Of a stretch of DNA of 64,000 nucleotides, positions 38,848 to 48,401 are shown piece by piece (position 1 is the first letter of the stretch; each line of letters begins with the position of its first letter). Made by a program: the position numbers and the translations under genes. This DNA comes from a virus. The notes beneath the pieces were generated by a model that saw only the letters and a program-made list of their open reading frames with translations, was not told where the DNA came from and did no database searches. Where the stretch lies: positions 9,392 to 73,391 of the IMG/VR virus record IMGVR_UViG_3300041586_000098; one strand, written 5' to 3'.

Positions 38848-39801
38848 ATGAATCCAGAAGAAGAAAACTTACAAGAACAATATAAGAACATAGTTCAATC
38901 TGCTGAAAATAAATCAGAAAAATACGACGATGTGCCTGTTAATTTAGGTAAAGTTAATATGGATAAGTATTCTGGTGAAAAGGCAGAAACATCTGATTTT
39001 CATTTAGGATATCACTCTATTCCATTACTTTCATTACCATCGGGTGGTATGTTTTATCCAGTAGGAACTGACCTTTCGATCAGATCAGCAAAGGTAGCTG
39101 AAATAAGACACTTTTCAACAATAGACGAGACCAACGTACTAGACATTGATGAAAAACTAAATCAAATTCTAGAATCATGTATTAGAATAAATTCTGCATC
39201 TACTAGATTATCCTACAAAGATATTTTAGAAGAGGATAGATTTTATATTATTCTTTCAATTAGAGATTTAACATTTCCAGAGCCTGAATCTAATTTAAAA
39301 ATAGATCATACATCAAAGAAAGGAGGAAGACATGATATTGAAATTAAAAAGGAATACTTCCAATATTTTAAAATACCAGTAGAACTTGATAAATATTACG
39401 ATAATATAGTAAGGTCATTTCTAATAGAAACACGATCATTTGGAACTATTGAAATGAAACCTCCAACAATTGGTGTTATGCAAAAAATTACAGCATACAT
39501 CAAAGATAAACAACAAAAAGGACAGAAAATAGATCAGTCAGTATTACAAATAATTCCATATTTACATAAAGATTGGAGAGGATTTAATGATAAAACTATT
39601 TTTGATTTTGAAATAGATTTATCAGGATGGTCAAGTAGCAAATATAATCTAATATACACATTAGCTGAAAAAATGAAAATAGGTGTTCAGCCTAATATGC
39701 TAGTTACTATAGGGGACGATGAGGAGGAGGTTCCTATTAGTTTTCGTGACGGAATCAAATCTCTTTTCATTGTTCAAAATATCGCTGGAGAACTTCTTTA
39801 A
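38848..39801 (+). CDS. Baseplate hub / tail assembly protein (gp26-like)
   Basis: LPSGG.FY, D..Y....IR, I.MKPPTIG pattern. Confidence 0.6.
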   Translation: MNPEEENLQEQYKNIVQSAENKSEKYDDVPVNLGKVNMDKYSGEKAETSDFHLGYHSIPLLSLPSGGMFYPVGTDLSIRSAKVAEIRHFSTIDETNVLDIDEKLNQILESCIRINSASTRLSYKDILEEDRFYIILSIRDLTFPEPESNLKIDHTSKKGGRHDIEIKKEYFQYFKIPVELDKYYDNIVRSFLIETRSFGTIEMKPPTIGVMQKITAYIKDKQQKGQKIDQSVLQIIPYLHKDWRGFNDKTIFDFEIDLSGWSSSKYNLIYTLAEKMKIGVQPNMLVTIGDDEEEVPISFRDGIKSLFIVQNIAGELL

Positions 39802-40018
39802 GACAAAATTTCATATTTATCTTAAATTACATATGCAACCCAGTGAACTTGAAAATTTAGAATATTACGAATTCCATTATTTAGTAAAGGACCTAGTAGA
39901 TTATCTAAAGGAGGAGAATAAACAGAATCAAGGCCAAAACGATGCCTCATCCGGTATGATGAATAACATGAAAGTACCGAACATGAAGGTACCTAATATG
40001 AAAATGCCAAAGATGTAA
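39770..40018 (+). CDS. Short baseplate/tail assembly chaperone (gp51-like); start uncertain
   Basis: SLENFFKTKF......SELENL..YE motif; overlaps the previous gene in the +1 frame. Confidence 0.55.
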   Translation: MFKISLENFFKTKFHIYLKLHMQPSELENLEYYEFHYLVKDLVDYLKEENKQNQGQNDASSGMMNNMKVPNMKVPNMKMPKM

Positions 40019-40022
40019 AATA

Positions 40023-40049
40023 AAAGGATCCTTTAAAGGATCCTTTTTT
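40023..40049 (+). terminator. Intrinsic terminator
   Basis: AAAAGGATCCT-TTAA-AGGATCCTTTTTT. Confidence 0.8.
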
Positions 40050-40104
40050 ATTTAGATATATAATCGTATAAGATTTTATTATCCTAAAAAATACAATAAG
40101 TCGA

Positions 40105-42789
40105 GTGACTAATAATTCAAAACAACTCTCAATACTATTAAACCCGCTATTAAAAATACAGGCTGCTAGTGAGGCAACATCTGAGGCTCTTACACATATA
40201 AGTGAAGTAGTTCTTAGTATTAACAAAAGCGGTATCGATACCGTTACTGAACTTAAAAAACAAACCACACTATTAATCGATATTAAAGAAATGTTAAAGG
40301 AGCAAATAAAAGGCTCTTCTAATAATTCATCAACAAAAAGCAATATGAAATTACCTGGATTAATAGGGGGAATTTCAGCTGGTTTTGCTATTGTTGCAAT
40401 GGCAGGTGCCCTTGTTGCTGCTTCTGGTTTATTAAATATGATGAGTCCTGTTAGTATACCTCAATTACTGACTGCTTTGGCGATTGCAGGTATATTTATT
40501 ATAATAGCTCCAATATTCGCAGATATAGCAGAATCACTTAGAGGAGGAGGATTAATTGCAAGATTAGTTTCGAAAAGGGCCGGCCTAGGTAATCAAGATC
40601 CAATGAAAGTTGCAGGTGAAGTATCATTATCTATGGTTGCAATGGCAGCCGGAATAACAGTATCATCTTATATCTTTTCTTTAATTAAAACAATAACTCT
40701 TCCTCAATTTGCAACGGCAGTACTTGTTGGTTTTTCATTTATTCCAGTATCTTTTGCTTTTTCTCAAATAGCAGCTGCATTAGAAAAAGGTAAAATAACA
40801 ATGGATGCAAAGGGACTTGGTAGAATAGCAATGATATCATTATCAATGGCGTCAATTGCATTAGGAATAGTGGCTGCGGCTTATGCATTCTCATTATTAC
40901 CATCAAACCCGATTGCACCTGACCCTATGTTTGTCCTAAAATCTGCATTTGCGATTGGACTTTTTGCGATTGGATTTAGTTTTATCATGAGAGCAATCAA
41001 GGGTGCAAGTCTAAAGGATATTATATTTGGTTCTTTGGCTATTCCGGGAATCGCAGTAGCAATCGCAGGAGTAGCATATGCATTTGAATTATTACCAAAT
41101 GATCCAGCTTCACCTGATCCGATGTTTGTCTTAAAATCTGCATTTGCGATTGGATTATTTGCGATTGGTTTTTTCTTTATTATGAAGGCAATAAGGGGAG
41201 CTAGTTTACGAGATATTATATTTGGATCTATTGCAATACCATTAATGGCGGTTGCTATTACTGGAGTAGCGTTTATTTTTCAAGGGTTAGGTGGAATAGA
41301 ATACATCTCACCTGAACCTGAATGGGTTCTTAGAACAGGATTTGCTCTATTAGTATTCTCAATTCCATTCTATATAATATCTAAAGCGATTAAAGGATTA
41401 AGTATTAAGGAATTATTATTTATGACAGTTGCAATTCCAGTAATTGCATTTGGTATTCTTGCTTCCGCTTGGATTTTTCAAGGATTAACTGGAATGCAAT
41501 ATTTTGCGCCAGAATATGATTGGACACTAAAGGCAGGAGCGGCACTAATATTATTCGGAGCTGTGTTATTTCTTTCAAGTAAAGTGTTAAGTAATATATC
41601 AGTAGCATCACTAGGGACAGCACTTATTGGAATTGTAGTAACTGCGTTTGCAATTATTGCGACAGCATGGATATTATCGTACGCTCCTTCTAAATTTATA
41701 ACACCACCACTTGAATGGACACTAGGTACTGCTGTCGCATTAGGTGCAATGGCAGTTGCGATTGTTTTACTTGCTCCAGCTGTTACTGTATTAACGCCTA
41801 TTGGATTTTTAGCAGGCGCGCTTGGTATAATTGTATCTGCAATTACATTAGTGGCGGTTGGATATATTTTAGCACAATTAGCACCTGTAATGCCAGCATT
41901 AAATTCAGTTGCAAAGGGATTTACATCTATATTATTAGCACCTGTTAATGGTATTGTAGATGTGTTTGCTCGTTTTAAAAATGAGATTGGTATAGAAAAT
42001 ATGCTAGGACTTGCTGTTGGTGTTGCAGCATTAGGCGGCGCATGGCTAGTATTTACAGCAGCATTAAGCGGTTCAAGTATTATTAGTGGAATAGGCAGCG
42101 CTATTGGAGGTATTGCTAGTGGAATAGGAGAATTTTTTGGTAAAGATAAAATAAATCCAATAGATTTATTAGCAAAACTCGCAGTTATTGCCCCTGACGT
42201 TCAAAAACTATCAATACCATTAATGAATGTTGGAAAAGGATTCGCATTAATTAATAACTCAGCAGATCATGTTATATCTGTTCTTTCTTCACTTGATAAA
42301 TTGCACAACAATATTAATGTTAGTGATTTTAAAAGTCAAGCAACGTCATTTAGAAGTATTGCAGGTTCGTATACTGGAATTGCAAACGCAAGTAAAATAA
42401 TGAATATTAAAGCGATTGATGCAACCACTAATATGTTTAAAGCATTAGATGATTTAGCTAAAAATGGAGGAGAATCTGCTATGGCGGTTCTTGCAGAAAA
42501 ATTAATGGTAGCTGTTAAGGAATTAGCCGGAACTGTCTCGAATCTAGAAAAATCAGTTGATAAACAAGGAACTACTGTTGCAGATACGACTGATGTGTTT
42601 GGAAAAACATTAAGTACAATTAAAGATAATTTATCGATAGCAAACAAAAAACCATCAAGTAATTCTCAATCTAATTCTACTGTCAACAAAGAACCATTAA
42701 TGGACATGCAGTCAGTTGTTCAGGCTATTATGGACTTGGAAGCAAGATTCGATAGTCCATTGAAAATAATAGATATTACAGAACAATAA
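40105..42789 (+). CDS. Putative tape measure protein
   Basis: 894 aa, Ala/Gly/hydrophobic helical, ~65-aa repeats (PDPMFVLKSAFAIGLFAIG twice); follows tube and chaperone genes. Confidence 0.65.
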   Translation: MTNNSKQLSILLNPLLKIQAASEATSEALTHISEVVLSINKSGIDTVTELKKQTTLLIDIKEMLKEQIKGSSNNSSTKSNMKLPGLIGGISAGFAIVAMAGALVAASGLLNMMSPVSIPQLLTALAIAGIFIIIAPIFADIAESLRGGGLIARLVSKRAGLGNQDPMKVAGEVSLSMVAMAAGITVSSYIFSLIKTITLPQFATAVLVGFSFIPVSFAFSQIAAALEKGKITMDAKGLGRIAMISLSMASIALGIVAAAYAFSLLPSNPIAPDPMFVLKSAFAIGLFAIGFSFIMRAIKGASLKDIIFGSLAIPGIAVAIAGVAYAFELLPNDPASPDPMFVLKSAFAIGLFAIGFFFIMKAIRGASLRDIIFGSIAIPLMAVAITGVAFIFQGLGGIEYISPEPEWVLRTGFALLVFSIPFYIISKAIKGLSIKELLFMTVAIPVIAFGILASAWIFQGLTGMQYFAPEYDWTLKAGAALILFGAVLFLSSKVLSNISVASLGTALIGIVVTAFAIIATAWILSYAPSKFITPPLEWTLGTAVALGAMAVAIVLLAPAVTVLTPIGFLAGALGIIVSAITLVAVGYILAQLAPVMPALNSVAKGFTSILLAPVNGIVDVFARFKNEIGIENMLGLAVGVAALGGAWLVFTAALSGSSIISGIGSAIGGIASGIGEFFGKDKINPIDLLAKLAVIAPDVQKLSIPLMNVGKGFALINNSADHVISVLSSLDKLHNNINVSDFKSQATSFRSIAGSYTGIANASKIMNIKAIDATTNMFKALDDLAKNGGESAMAVLAEKLMVAVKELAGTVSNLEKSVDKQGTTVADTTDVFGKTLSTIKDNLSIANKKPSSNSQSNSTVNKEPLMDMQSVVQAIMDLEARFDSPLKIIDITEQ

Positions 42790-42847
42790 AATTAAGTAGT
42801 GAAACATATTTATAACATGTTATATAATATTCAAAATAATATATCAT

Positions 42848-43120
42848 ATGCAAACTAAAGAATCTATAATCGAAACTCTTCTAGAAAATAAACACATAAC
42901 AGTGGAGCAGGCTGTTATTCTTTTAAAAGATAGCCATATATCATATGGACAAATAAGATATGTAACTCCTCCAGCAACTCAAATATTGCCATGGATACAG
43001 CCAAATAATCCTTTTAATCCTAATATGCCATATACCACTCCAATATGTAATGAATATTTTACATCAGGTAGCACGACTACGGGTAGTACTGCTCCTGTTA
43101 ATTCTGAATTTCACAGGTAA
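42848..43120 (+). CDS. Hypothetical protein
   Basis: ORF after the middle-type promoter at 42800. Confidence 0.6.
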   Translation: MQTKESIIETLLENKHITVEQAVILLKDSHISYGQIRYVTPPATQILPWIQPNNPFNPNMPYTTPICNEYFTSGSTTTGSTAPVNSEFHR

Positions 43121-43206
43121 CACGTAACACATCTAAACACAAAGGATGTAGTTTTACGTAGTATATCCTTTGTGTACCTTATATCACTCTAATTTGATCT
43201 GATAAT

Positions 43207-43270
43207 TTAACAAAGATTTAACACTTTAAATTTTCATGATGTCTATATATTGATTATATTTACATATAAC
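43207..43270 (+). promoter_or_regulatory. Repeated putative early promoter TTAACA-N5-TTAACA...GATTATATTTAC (~12 copies: 43207, 43841, 44954, 48922, 50470, 54852, 56044, 57077, 57240, 58265, 60326, 63585)
   Basis: Conserved intergenic cassette; TATATTTA resembles the Bacteroidota -7 element TAnnTTTG. Confidence 0.75.
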
Positions 43271-43287
43271 AATTAAACACCACTATC

Positions 43288-43491
43288 ATGAAAAGAAGAA
43301 GCGTCCTATTATCACTTTCAATATTTTTTATTGTTCTGTTAGCACCTATTGTTATTAACTACATTATAAAAGGTGCATGTTTTATCTTACTACAGATATT
43401 TCAATCCCCTGGATTTACAATAGCAATATTATCAATAATTGCAAGTATTTGTCTGATTATTATTACTGTTATTAACTTTCTAAAAAAATAA
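43288..43491 (+). CDS. Small membrane protein
   Basis: Two hydrophobic segments. Confidence 0.6.
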   Translation: MKRRSVLLSLSIFFIVLLAPIVINYIIKGACFILLQIFQSPGFTIAILSIIASICLIIITVINFLKK

Positions 43492-43493
43492 TT

Positions 43494-43826
43494 ATGTCAA
43501 TATCTTACGAAAAGAACATACGATTTGAAAATTCAAATAAAATGAAATATGAAAGATTCGAAATATACACGTGGATTAACAGGTCAATTGAATCTTGTAT
43601 ACATCTAAATCAATTAGTGGCATGCCGTACTTTAATATCTAGATTTAATATAATGTATAATGATACTGATTTAACTGAGAATTTACGATGGTATGCTAAT
43701 CGTAAAATATACTCTTTTTCAAATAAAAATAAATTAAATGGTAAGAGATTGTGTGATTGTCACGAGGAAGAATTAATACAAAATCATAATGTAAATACCA
43801 AAGAACATCCAGGTGATTATGATTAA
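43494..43826 (+). CDS. Hypothetical protein
   Basis: 110-aa ORF. Confidence 0.6.
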   Translation: MSISYEKNIRFENSNKMKYERFEIYTWINRSIESCIHLNQLVACRTLISRFNIMYNDTDLTENLRWYANRKIYSFSNKNKLNGKRLCDCHEEELIQNHNVNTKEHPGDYD

Positions 43827-43995
43827 TTTAAAACAAAAATTTAACAAAAATTTAACACTAATTATTTCTTTCTTAATCCAAAAATGATTAGATTTATATA
43901 TAATAATTGATCAAGTAATACAAATTCATAAACGCATCTAAACGGGCAGTAGGAGATGATGAATTAAAATAAATTGTATAATAAGCAAGAAATAG

Positions 43996-44175
43996 TCAAC
44001 TTAAGATAAGGCTAAAGTACTGTATGAAAAAATATCCGAAAAGGGTTTAAGGCACACAAGTCAATTCCTAATGGAGAATAACGAAGCCCATGGTATCAAT
44101 CAAACGCCTCCACGTGGCGATACTGGAAATTAGACATCTTAATTACGTCATATAGTAGTCTAAGCTAAGTTTTGA
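43996..44175 (+). ncRNA. Candidate ~180-nt structured ncRNA
   Basis: TACTGTATGA (44018)/TCATATAGTA (44148) helix enclosing several hairpins; no ORF. Confidence 0.5.
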
Positions 44176-44182
44176 AAAATAG

Positions 44183-44259
44183 ATAACTAAAGAATGTTGG
44201 TTCGAGACTCACACATCCTAGCCTATGGATGTAGCATATGTGGTTAATGCATTAGTTAT
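44183..44259 (+). ncRNA. Circularly permuted tRNA mimic (YrlA/Y-RNA-like), copy 1
   Basis: ATAACTAA/TTAGTTAT stem enclosing, in order, a T arm (TTCGAGA), a loop-closed acceptor and a D arm with GG. Confidence 0.6.
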
Positions 44260-44275
44260 AACAGGTCTGCAGACC

Positions 44276-44337
44276 TGTGTACGTCCGGTTAAAGTTGTAG
44301 CACTACAGACAAGAGGTTCGAATCCTCTGTACCCACT
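44276..44337 (+). ncRNA. tRNA-like RNA lacking an anticodon loop
   Basis: TGTGTAC/GTACCCA acceptor; perfect AGAGG-TTCGAAT-CCTCT T arm; TGTAG-CA-CTACA stub. Confidence 0.55.
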
Positions 44338-44339
44338 AA

Positions 44340-44416
44340 TAGATTACATGAGTTTGAGCCTCATTTGGCCTTTAAGAAATAAGGGTCGATAGTTTAATAA
44401 AGAATAAAACAATCTA
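44340..44416 (+). ncRNA. Circularly permuted tRNA mimic (YrlA/Y-RNA-like), copy 2
   Basis: TAGATT/AATCTA stem; ATGAG-TTTGAGC-CTCAT T arm; 9-bp closed acceptor; TA-GTTT..AAAC D arm. Confidence 0.55.
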
Positions 44417-44418
44417 AC

Positions 44419-44535
44419 AAAATGTATTAGTCGAAGTTAAAAGCTCGAAAGCTGCGCCTTAACTGGTAAGCTACAGTCAATCCCTGACTGACGTATAATA
44501 ATATGCTAGTGAAGCCTAGAAGATTAATACATTTT
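44419..44535 (+). ncRNA. Unrecognised multi-stem ncRNA, copy A (paralogue at 56142)
   Basis: 14-bp closing stem; shares AAGCTCG, GTATAATA and CTRG-TGAAGC-CYAG-AA with copy B. Confidence 0.65.
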
Positions 44536-44560
44536 TATTTTAAAGCAAAAATCAATTTAA

Positions 44561-44950
44561 ATGATAAATAAAGAACAGTTAATCAGAGATCAGTTTTTAA
44601 ACGAAAGAGGTATTGCCAACGAAAAAATCAATAAATTAAATATAGATGCGTTTCCTAGCTTTTTGTCATATCAAATTGAAATTACAAAAATAAATGAAAA
44701 AAGTAACATGCTTGATATATTATACAGGCAAATTAAAACACCAAAAATGTATCCTATGTCAAAAAATGGCAATTTAATGACACTTAGTGATTTTACATCA
44801 AACATAAGATCAGGCGGATTTATTGACTATGATGGATTTGGAAAGTACGCAACATTAACTGAAGAATCTGATATTTTAATAAATCCCAGTGATATTAAAA
44901 GTAATTTATACCGAAATGATTTTACACATGTTAATTGGTATAATAGATAA
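44561..44950 (+). CDS. Hypothetical phage protein
   Basis: 129-aa ORF with GGFIDYDGFG...W(Y)NR motif. Confidence 0.7.
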   Translation: MINKEQLIRDQFLNERGIANEKINKLNIDAFPSFLSYQIEITKINEKSNMLDILYRQIKTPKMYPMSKNGNLMTLSDFTSNIRSGGFIDYDGFGKYATLTEESDILINPSDIKSNLYRNDFTHVNWYNR

Positions 44951-45193
44951 AAATTAACAAAGTTTTAACACTTTAAATTTTTAATAGTTCAATATATTGA
45001 TTATATTTACATATACAAACTAAAACAATCAAGCTGTGAAATTAATCTACATGGAACAAACATTAAATCTAATTGCTCAAACTCAGTTAGAGTTTATACG
45101 CGAATTAGTAAAAACAGGTAAAATTATTCAATTAGAAAAAATTGCATACTTGTTAATTGAAGATAATATTAATATCGAAAATAAAACATAATT

Positions 45194-45409
45194 ATGGAAA
45201 AATTAGGAGCAGGTTTAGTTGTAATTTTCACAGGTTTAGCACTTATTTTATTTGCATGTGTTATATGTGCATGGCCAGTACAATTATTATGGAATGGATG
45301 TTTATTAACAGCAGTGGATGGAGTACATGAAATATCATTCTGGCAGGCATTAGGATTAAACTTCCTATTTTCAATATTATTTAAAGCAAACGTAAAAACA
45401 GCAAAATAA
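45194..45409 (+). CDS. Small membrane protein
   Basis: Hydrophobic; LWN...ISFWQALGL. Confidence 0.7.
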   Translation: MEKLGAGLVVIFTGLALILFACVICAWPVQLLWNGCLLTAVDGVHEISFWQALGLNFLFSILFKANVKTAK

Positions 45410-45858
45410 TGGAAACAATCATATTCGATCTAGATGGAACTCTAGCACATATAGATGAACGTAAGGCAAAAGCAACAAAACCAGATGGGAAAATAAATTG
45501 GCAGGTTTTCTTTGCACCTGAGAACATCCAGATGGATAAGCCAAATGCAGCTGTGATTCTTATGTTTATGGCACTTAAGAATGTAGGATATAATATGGTT
45601 ATTTTTAGCGGTAGAGATGCAGTTAGTAGAAATGAAACGGTAGTTTGGTTAAATCAGCATGGAATTTTTCCGGATGAATTAAAGATGAGAAAAACAGGAA
45701 CATTTACACCTGATAATATACTAAAGAAACTCTGGCTAGAAGATCTTCGCAAAGAAGGACACTACGTTATATGTTCATATGATGATAGGGACAAGGTTGT
45801 TAAAATGTGGAGAGATAATGGAGTACCTTGTATGCAGGTTGCAGAAGGAAACTTTTAA
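45409..45858 (+). CDS. HAD phosphatase (stand-alone PNKP 3'-phosphatase domain)
   Basis: FDLDGTL, SGR, L.MR...D..LK, YDDR..VV.MWR. Confidence 0.88.
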   Translation: METIIFDLDGTLAHIDERKAKATKPDGKINWQVFFAPENIQMDKPNAAVILMFMALKNVGYNMVIFSGRDAVSRNETVVWLNQHGIFPDELKMRKTGTFTPDNILKKLWLEDLRKEGHYVICSYDDRDKVVKMWRDNGVPCMQVAEGNF

Positions 45859-45869
45859 TAAAAAGTAAG

Positions 45870-46055
45870 ATGATATTAACATATTTTATAATAGGATTTG
45901 TATTTTCAGTTTTAATGAAAATAACAAGAGACGAAATCTTAAAATCACAACCTGATTATCCAACGTATAGTAATACTAATATAATAGTAATGATAATATT
46001 GTGGCCTATATTCCTATATGTGTTTGTAGCCGCATTATATAAAGCATCCAAATAA
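45870..46055 (+). CDS. Small membrane protein
   Basis: Two TM segments, LWP motif; start approximate. Confidence 0.55.
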   Translation: MILTYFIIGFVFSVLMKITRDEILKSQPDYPTYSNTNIIVMIILWPIFLYVFVAALYKASK

Positions 46056-46057
46056 AT

Positions 46058-46834
46058 ATGCCAGAATTAGCAGAATTACGCCTAACTGCGTCGTACATTA
46101 ACAAAGTATCAAAGGGACTAACATTTAATAAAATAGCAAAAAATCCAATTCACAAGGGAATTGAAGTTGTTTCTCCATTTGAAACATTTAAAATCAGTGC
46201 AGAGAGCAGAGGAAAGGAATTGTTACTTTATTTAAATGATAGTAAAGTAACATTTCCTATTAGAATGAATATGGGAATGGCAGGTCATTTTCAAATAACA
46301 GAAACCGGTAAAGAATCAACGCATGCTCATCTTAAGTTTTACTCAGATAATGGAAAGACTTTAAGTTTTGTAGATGTTAGAAGATTTGGAAAGTGGAAAC
46401 CAGATAATGAATGGTCAGACAACAGAGGACCCGATCCTACTCTAGAATTCAATAAATTCGTACTGAATATAACCGATAATTTGAATAAAAGTGAATTTAG
46501 TAAACCAATTCATTTAGTGTTAATGAACCAAAAATACTTTAATGGTATTGGCAACTATTTGAGGGCAGAAGTGCTTTACAGAATACCTTTAGCAAATCCG
46601 TTTCTTTCTGCTAGAGAAATAATTACACAATATCCTGTTATATTAAATTTATGTAAAGACATTCCAACATTAGCATATATCAGAGGCGGTGGAAGTATTA
46701 GAGATTGGAAGAATCCATTTGGAGAAGACTCGTTACACACATCATTTTTTAAGTGTTATTCAAACAATTTAATGTCAAATATAATTGATAAAAACAATCG
46801 AAGATTTTGGTACGATCCAAAATGGGATAAATAA
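46058..46834 (+). CDS. Fpg/Nei-family DNA glycosylase
   Basis: N-terminal PELAE, RGK, MGM.G, D.RRFG, NQ..F.GIGNY..AE. Confidence 0.92.
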   Translation: MPELAELRLTASYINKVSKGLTFNKIAKNPIHKGIEVVSPFETFKISAESRGKELLLYLNDSKVTFPIRMNMGMAGHFQITETGKESTHAHLKFYSDNGKTLSFVDVRRFGKWKPDNEWSDNRGPDPTLEFNKFVLNITDNLNKSEFSKPIHLVLMNQKYFNGIGNYLRAEVLYRIPLANPFLSAREIITQYPVILNLCKDIPTLAYIRGGGSIRDWKNPFGEDSLHTSFFKCYSNNLMSNIIDKNNRRFWYDPKWDK

Positions 46835-46843
46835 ACAAAGAAC

Positions 46844-47323
46844 ATGATAGGAAAAATTGCAATAGTAGGTGCTGCAGCCAGTGGTAAGGATTACTTACGA
46901 AAAAGAATGGAAATGAAAAATCTCACATTCGGCGTTTCATGCACTACACGACCTTCTAGACCAGGAGAAAATGAAGGAACCGATTATTATTTTACCACGG
47001 ATACTGCATTCGATATCCTAATATCAAACGATCAATTAGTAGAATTTCAGGATTTCAATGGTTGGAGGTATGGTATTACCAAGGATGAATTTGAAAAATG
47101 TGATGTTTTAATCTTAAATGCAGATGCAGTTACACTACTTACTCCTTATTATAGGAATAGAATTTTTGTAGTATATTTAGAAATAGCAGAGAGTATTAGA
47201 CGAGAAAGACTAGAGTTGCGAGGTGATATAGATGATCTCATTGAACGACGAATAGCTGCAGATAGAGAACAATTCGGAAACTTTTTAAACTTTGACTGTA
47301 AAATAACTAACGAAGATTTTTAA
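46844..47323 (+). CDS. Guanylate kinase-like protein
   Basis: GAAASGKD, SCTTRP.R.GE..G.DYYF, W.YG. Confidence 0.85.
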   Translation: MIGKIAIVGAAASGKDYLRKRMEMKNLTFGVSCTTRPSRPGENEGTDYYFTTDTAFDILISNDQLVEFQDFNGWRYGITKDEFEKCDVLILNADAVTLLTPYYRNRIFVVYLEIAESIRRERLELRGDIDDLIERRIAADREQFGNFLNFDCKITNEDF

Positions 47324-47350
47324 TAATATATAATACCTAAAACAAAGAAC

Positions 47351-47866
47351 ATGGCGAAAGCAAAAACTATTACGGAACTAAAGGATTTAAGAACTCAATT
47401 AGAAACTGAAGTTAATCAGGTACAGACTGATATGGCTGCTAAATTATATTTAGTGGATTTAGAAAGCACACAAAACGTCAATGCTATTCTTAAGCAAATT
47501 GACAAGAGTTACACGTGGAATATTAAAAATGCAGCTTTCTTAGTTAATTTATATGACAGTATTTCTGATCAAAAGAAATTAAAGGCTAATGTCGACATGT
47601 CAAGATTAACAATGATTTCTCTGAATAGCATACAAATTAATACACTATATACTGTGTTAACTAATGTTACCGGAAATGGGATTGAAGCTGCTAGAACTTT
47701 TACTAGACTTTTAACAAATGTAGGTTCTCAGATATCAGAGGCTCTCAGGGAAATGGCAGAGGATAACCGGGTTATTCAGGAAAAACACGTTACCTTGGCG
47801 GAATTAGATGTTAAAATCGAAAATATGGCTGAGCCTATTCTTGATACAGTAGACGTAACTAACTAA
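47351..47866 (+). CDS. Hypothetical coiled-coil protein
   Basis: 171-aa ORF; late-like AATATATA upstream. Confidence 0.7.
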   Translation: MAKAKTITELKDLRTQLETEVNQVQTDMAAKLYLVDLESTQNVNAILKQIDKSYTWNIKNAAFLVNLYDSISDQKKLKANVDMSRLTMISLNSIQINTLYTVLTNVTGNGIEAARTFTRLLTNVGSQISEALREMAEDNRVIQEKHVTLAELDVKIENMAEPILDTVDVTN

Positions 47867-47870
47867 TATT

Positions 47871-48401
47871 ATGAAATTAGCAAGTAAATCTAAAAAAAGA
47901 TTAGATCTGCTTAATGCTATTCACGAAGGAATACTAAATTTTAATATTCCTAAGCCAATCAATGCAATGGAACATGAGAGTAAAAAAAATGACATTTACT
48001 CTCATGTTATTTTAGTCTTAACTGAGTTTGTTATGATAAAACATAAGTTTTGTAGAGGTCTTGCCAGAGAAAAATCAAGAACTATGATTAAATGGGAAGG
48101 AAATTCCAATACTAATGTAAAGGATATTCGATTCATGGGAATCACTAATAGACCTAAAATGACAATTGAAAGTGATGGCGTAATTATTGCAATCGAGTCA
48201 ATAAAAGGAAGCAATCTTTCAGTACTTAAAGAAGCTATAGCTCAGTCCATGATATATTCAACCGCATACGATTTTGTAATCTATACCTTTGTTGATAATT
48301 CCAAAGAACATAAGATACTAAACGGATCTTCCTTAGAAAATGAGAAAAAATTCCTGCAAAATATGTGGGATAATTTTAACGTAAAATTTACTATAATATA
48401 A
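47871..48401 (+). CDS. Degenerate PD-(D/E)XK-fold protein
   Basis: RPKMTI...IAIESIKG...AIAQSMIY...YD pattern lacks the PD aspartate. Confidence 0.4.
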   Translation: MKLASKSKKRLDLLNAIHEGILNFNIPKPINAMEHESKKNDIYSHVILVLTEFVMIKHKFCRGLAREKSRTMIKWEGNSNTNVKDIRFMGITNRPKMTIESDGVIIAIESIKGSNLSVLKEAIAQSMIYSTAYDFVIYTFVDNSKEHKILNGSSLENEKKFLQNMWDNFNVKFTII

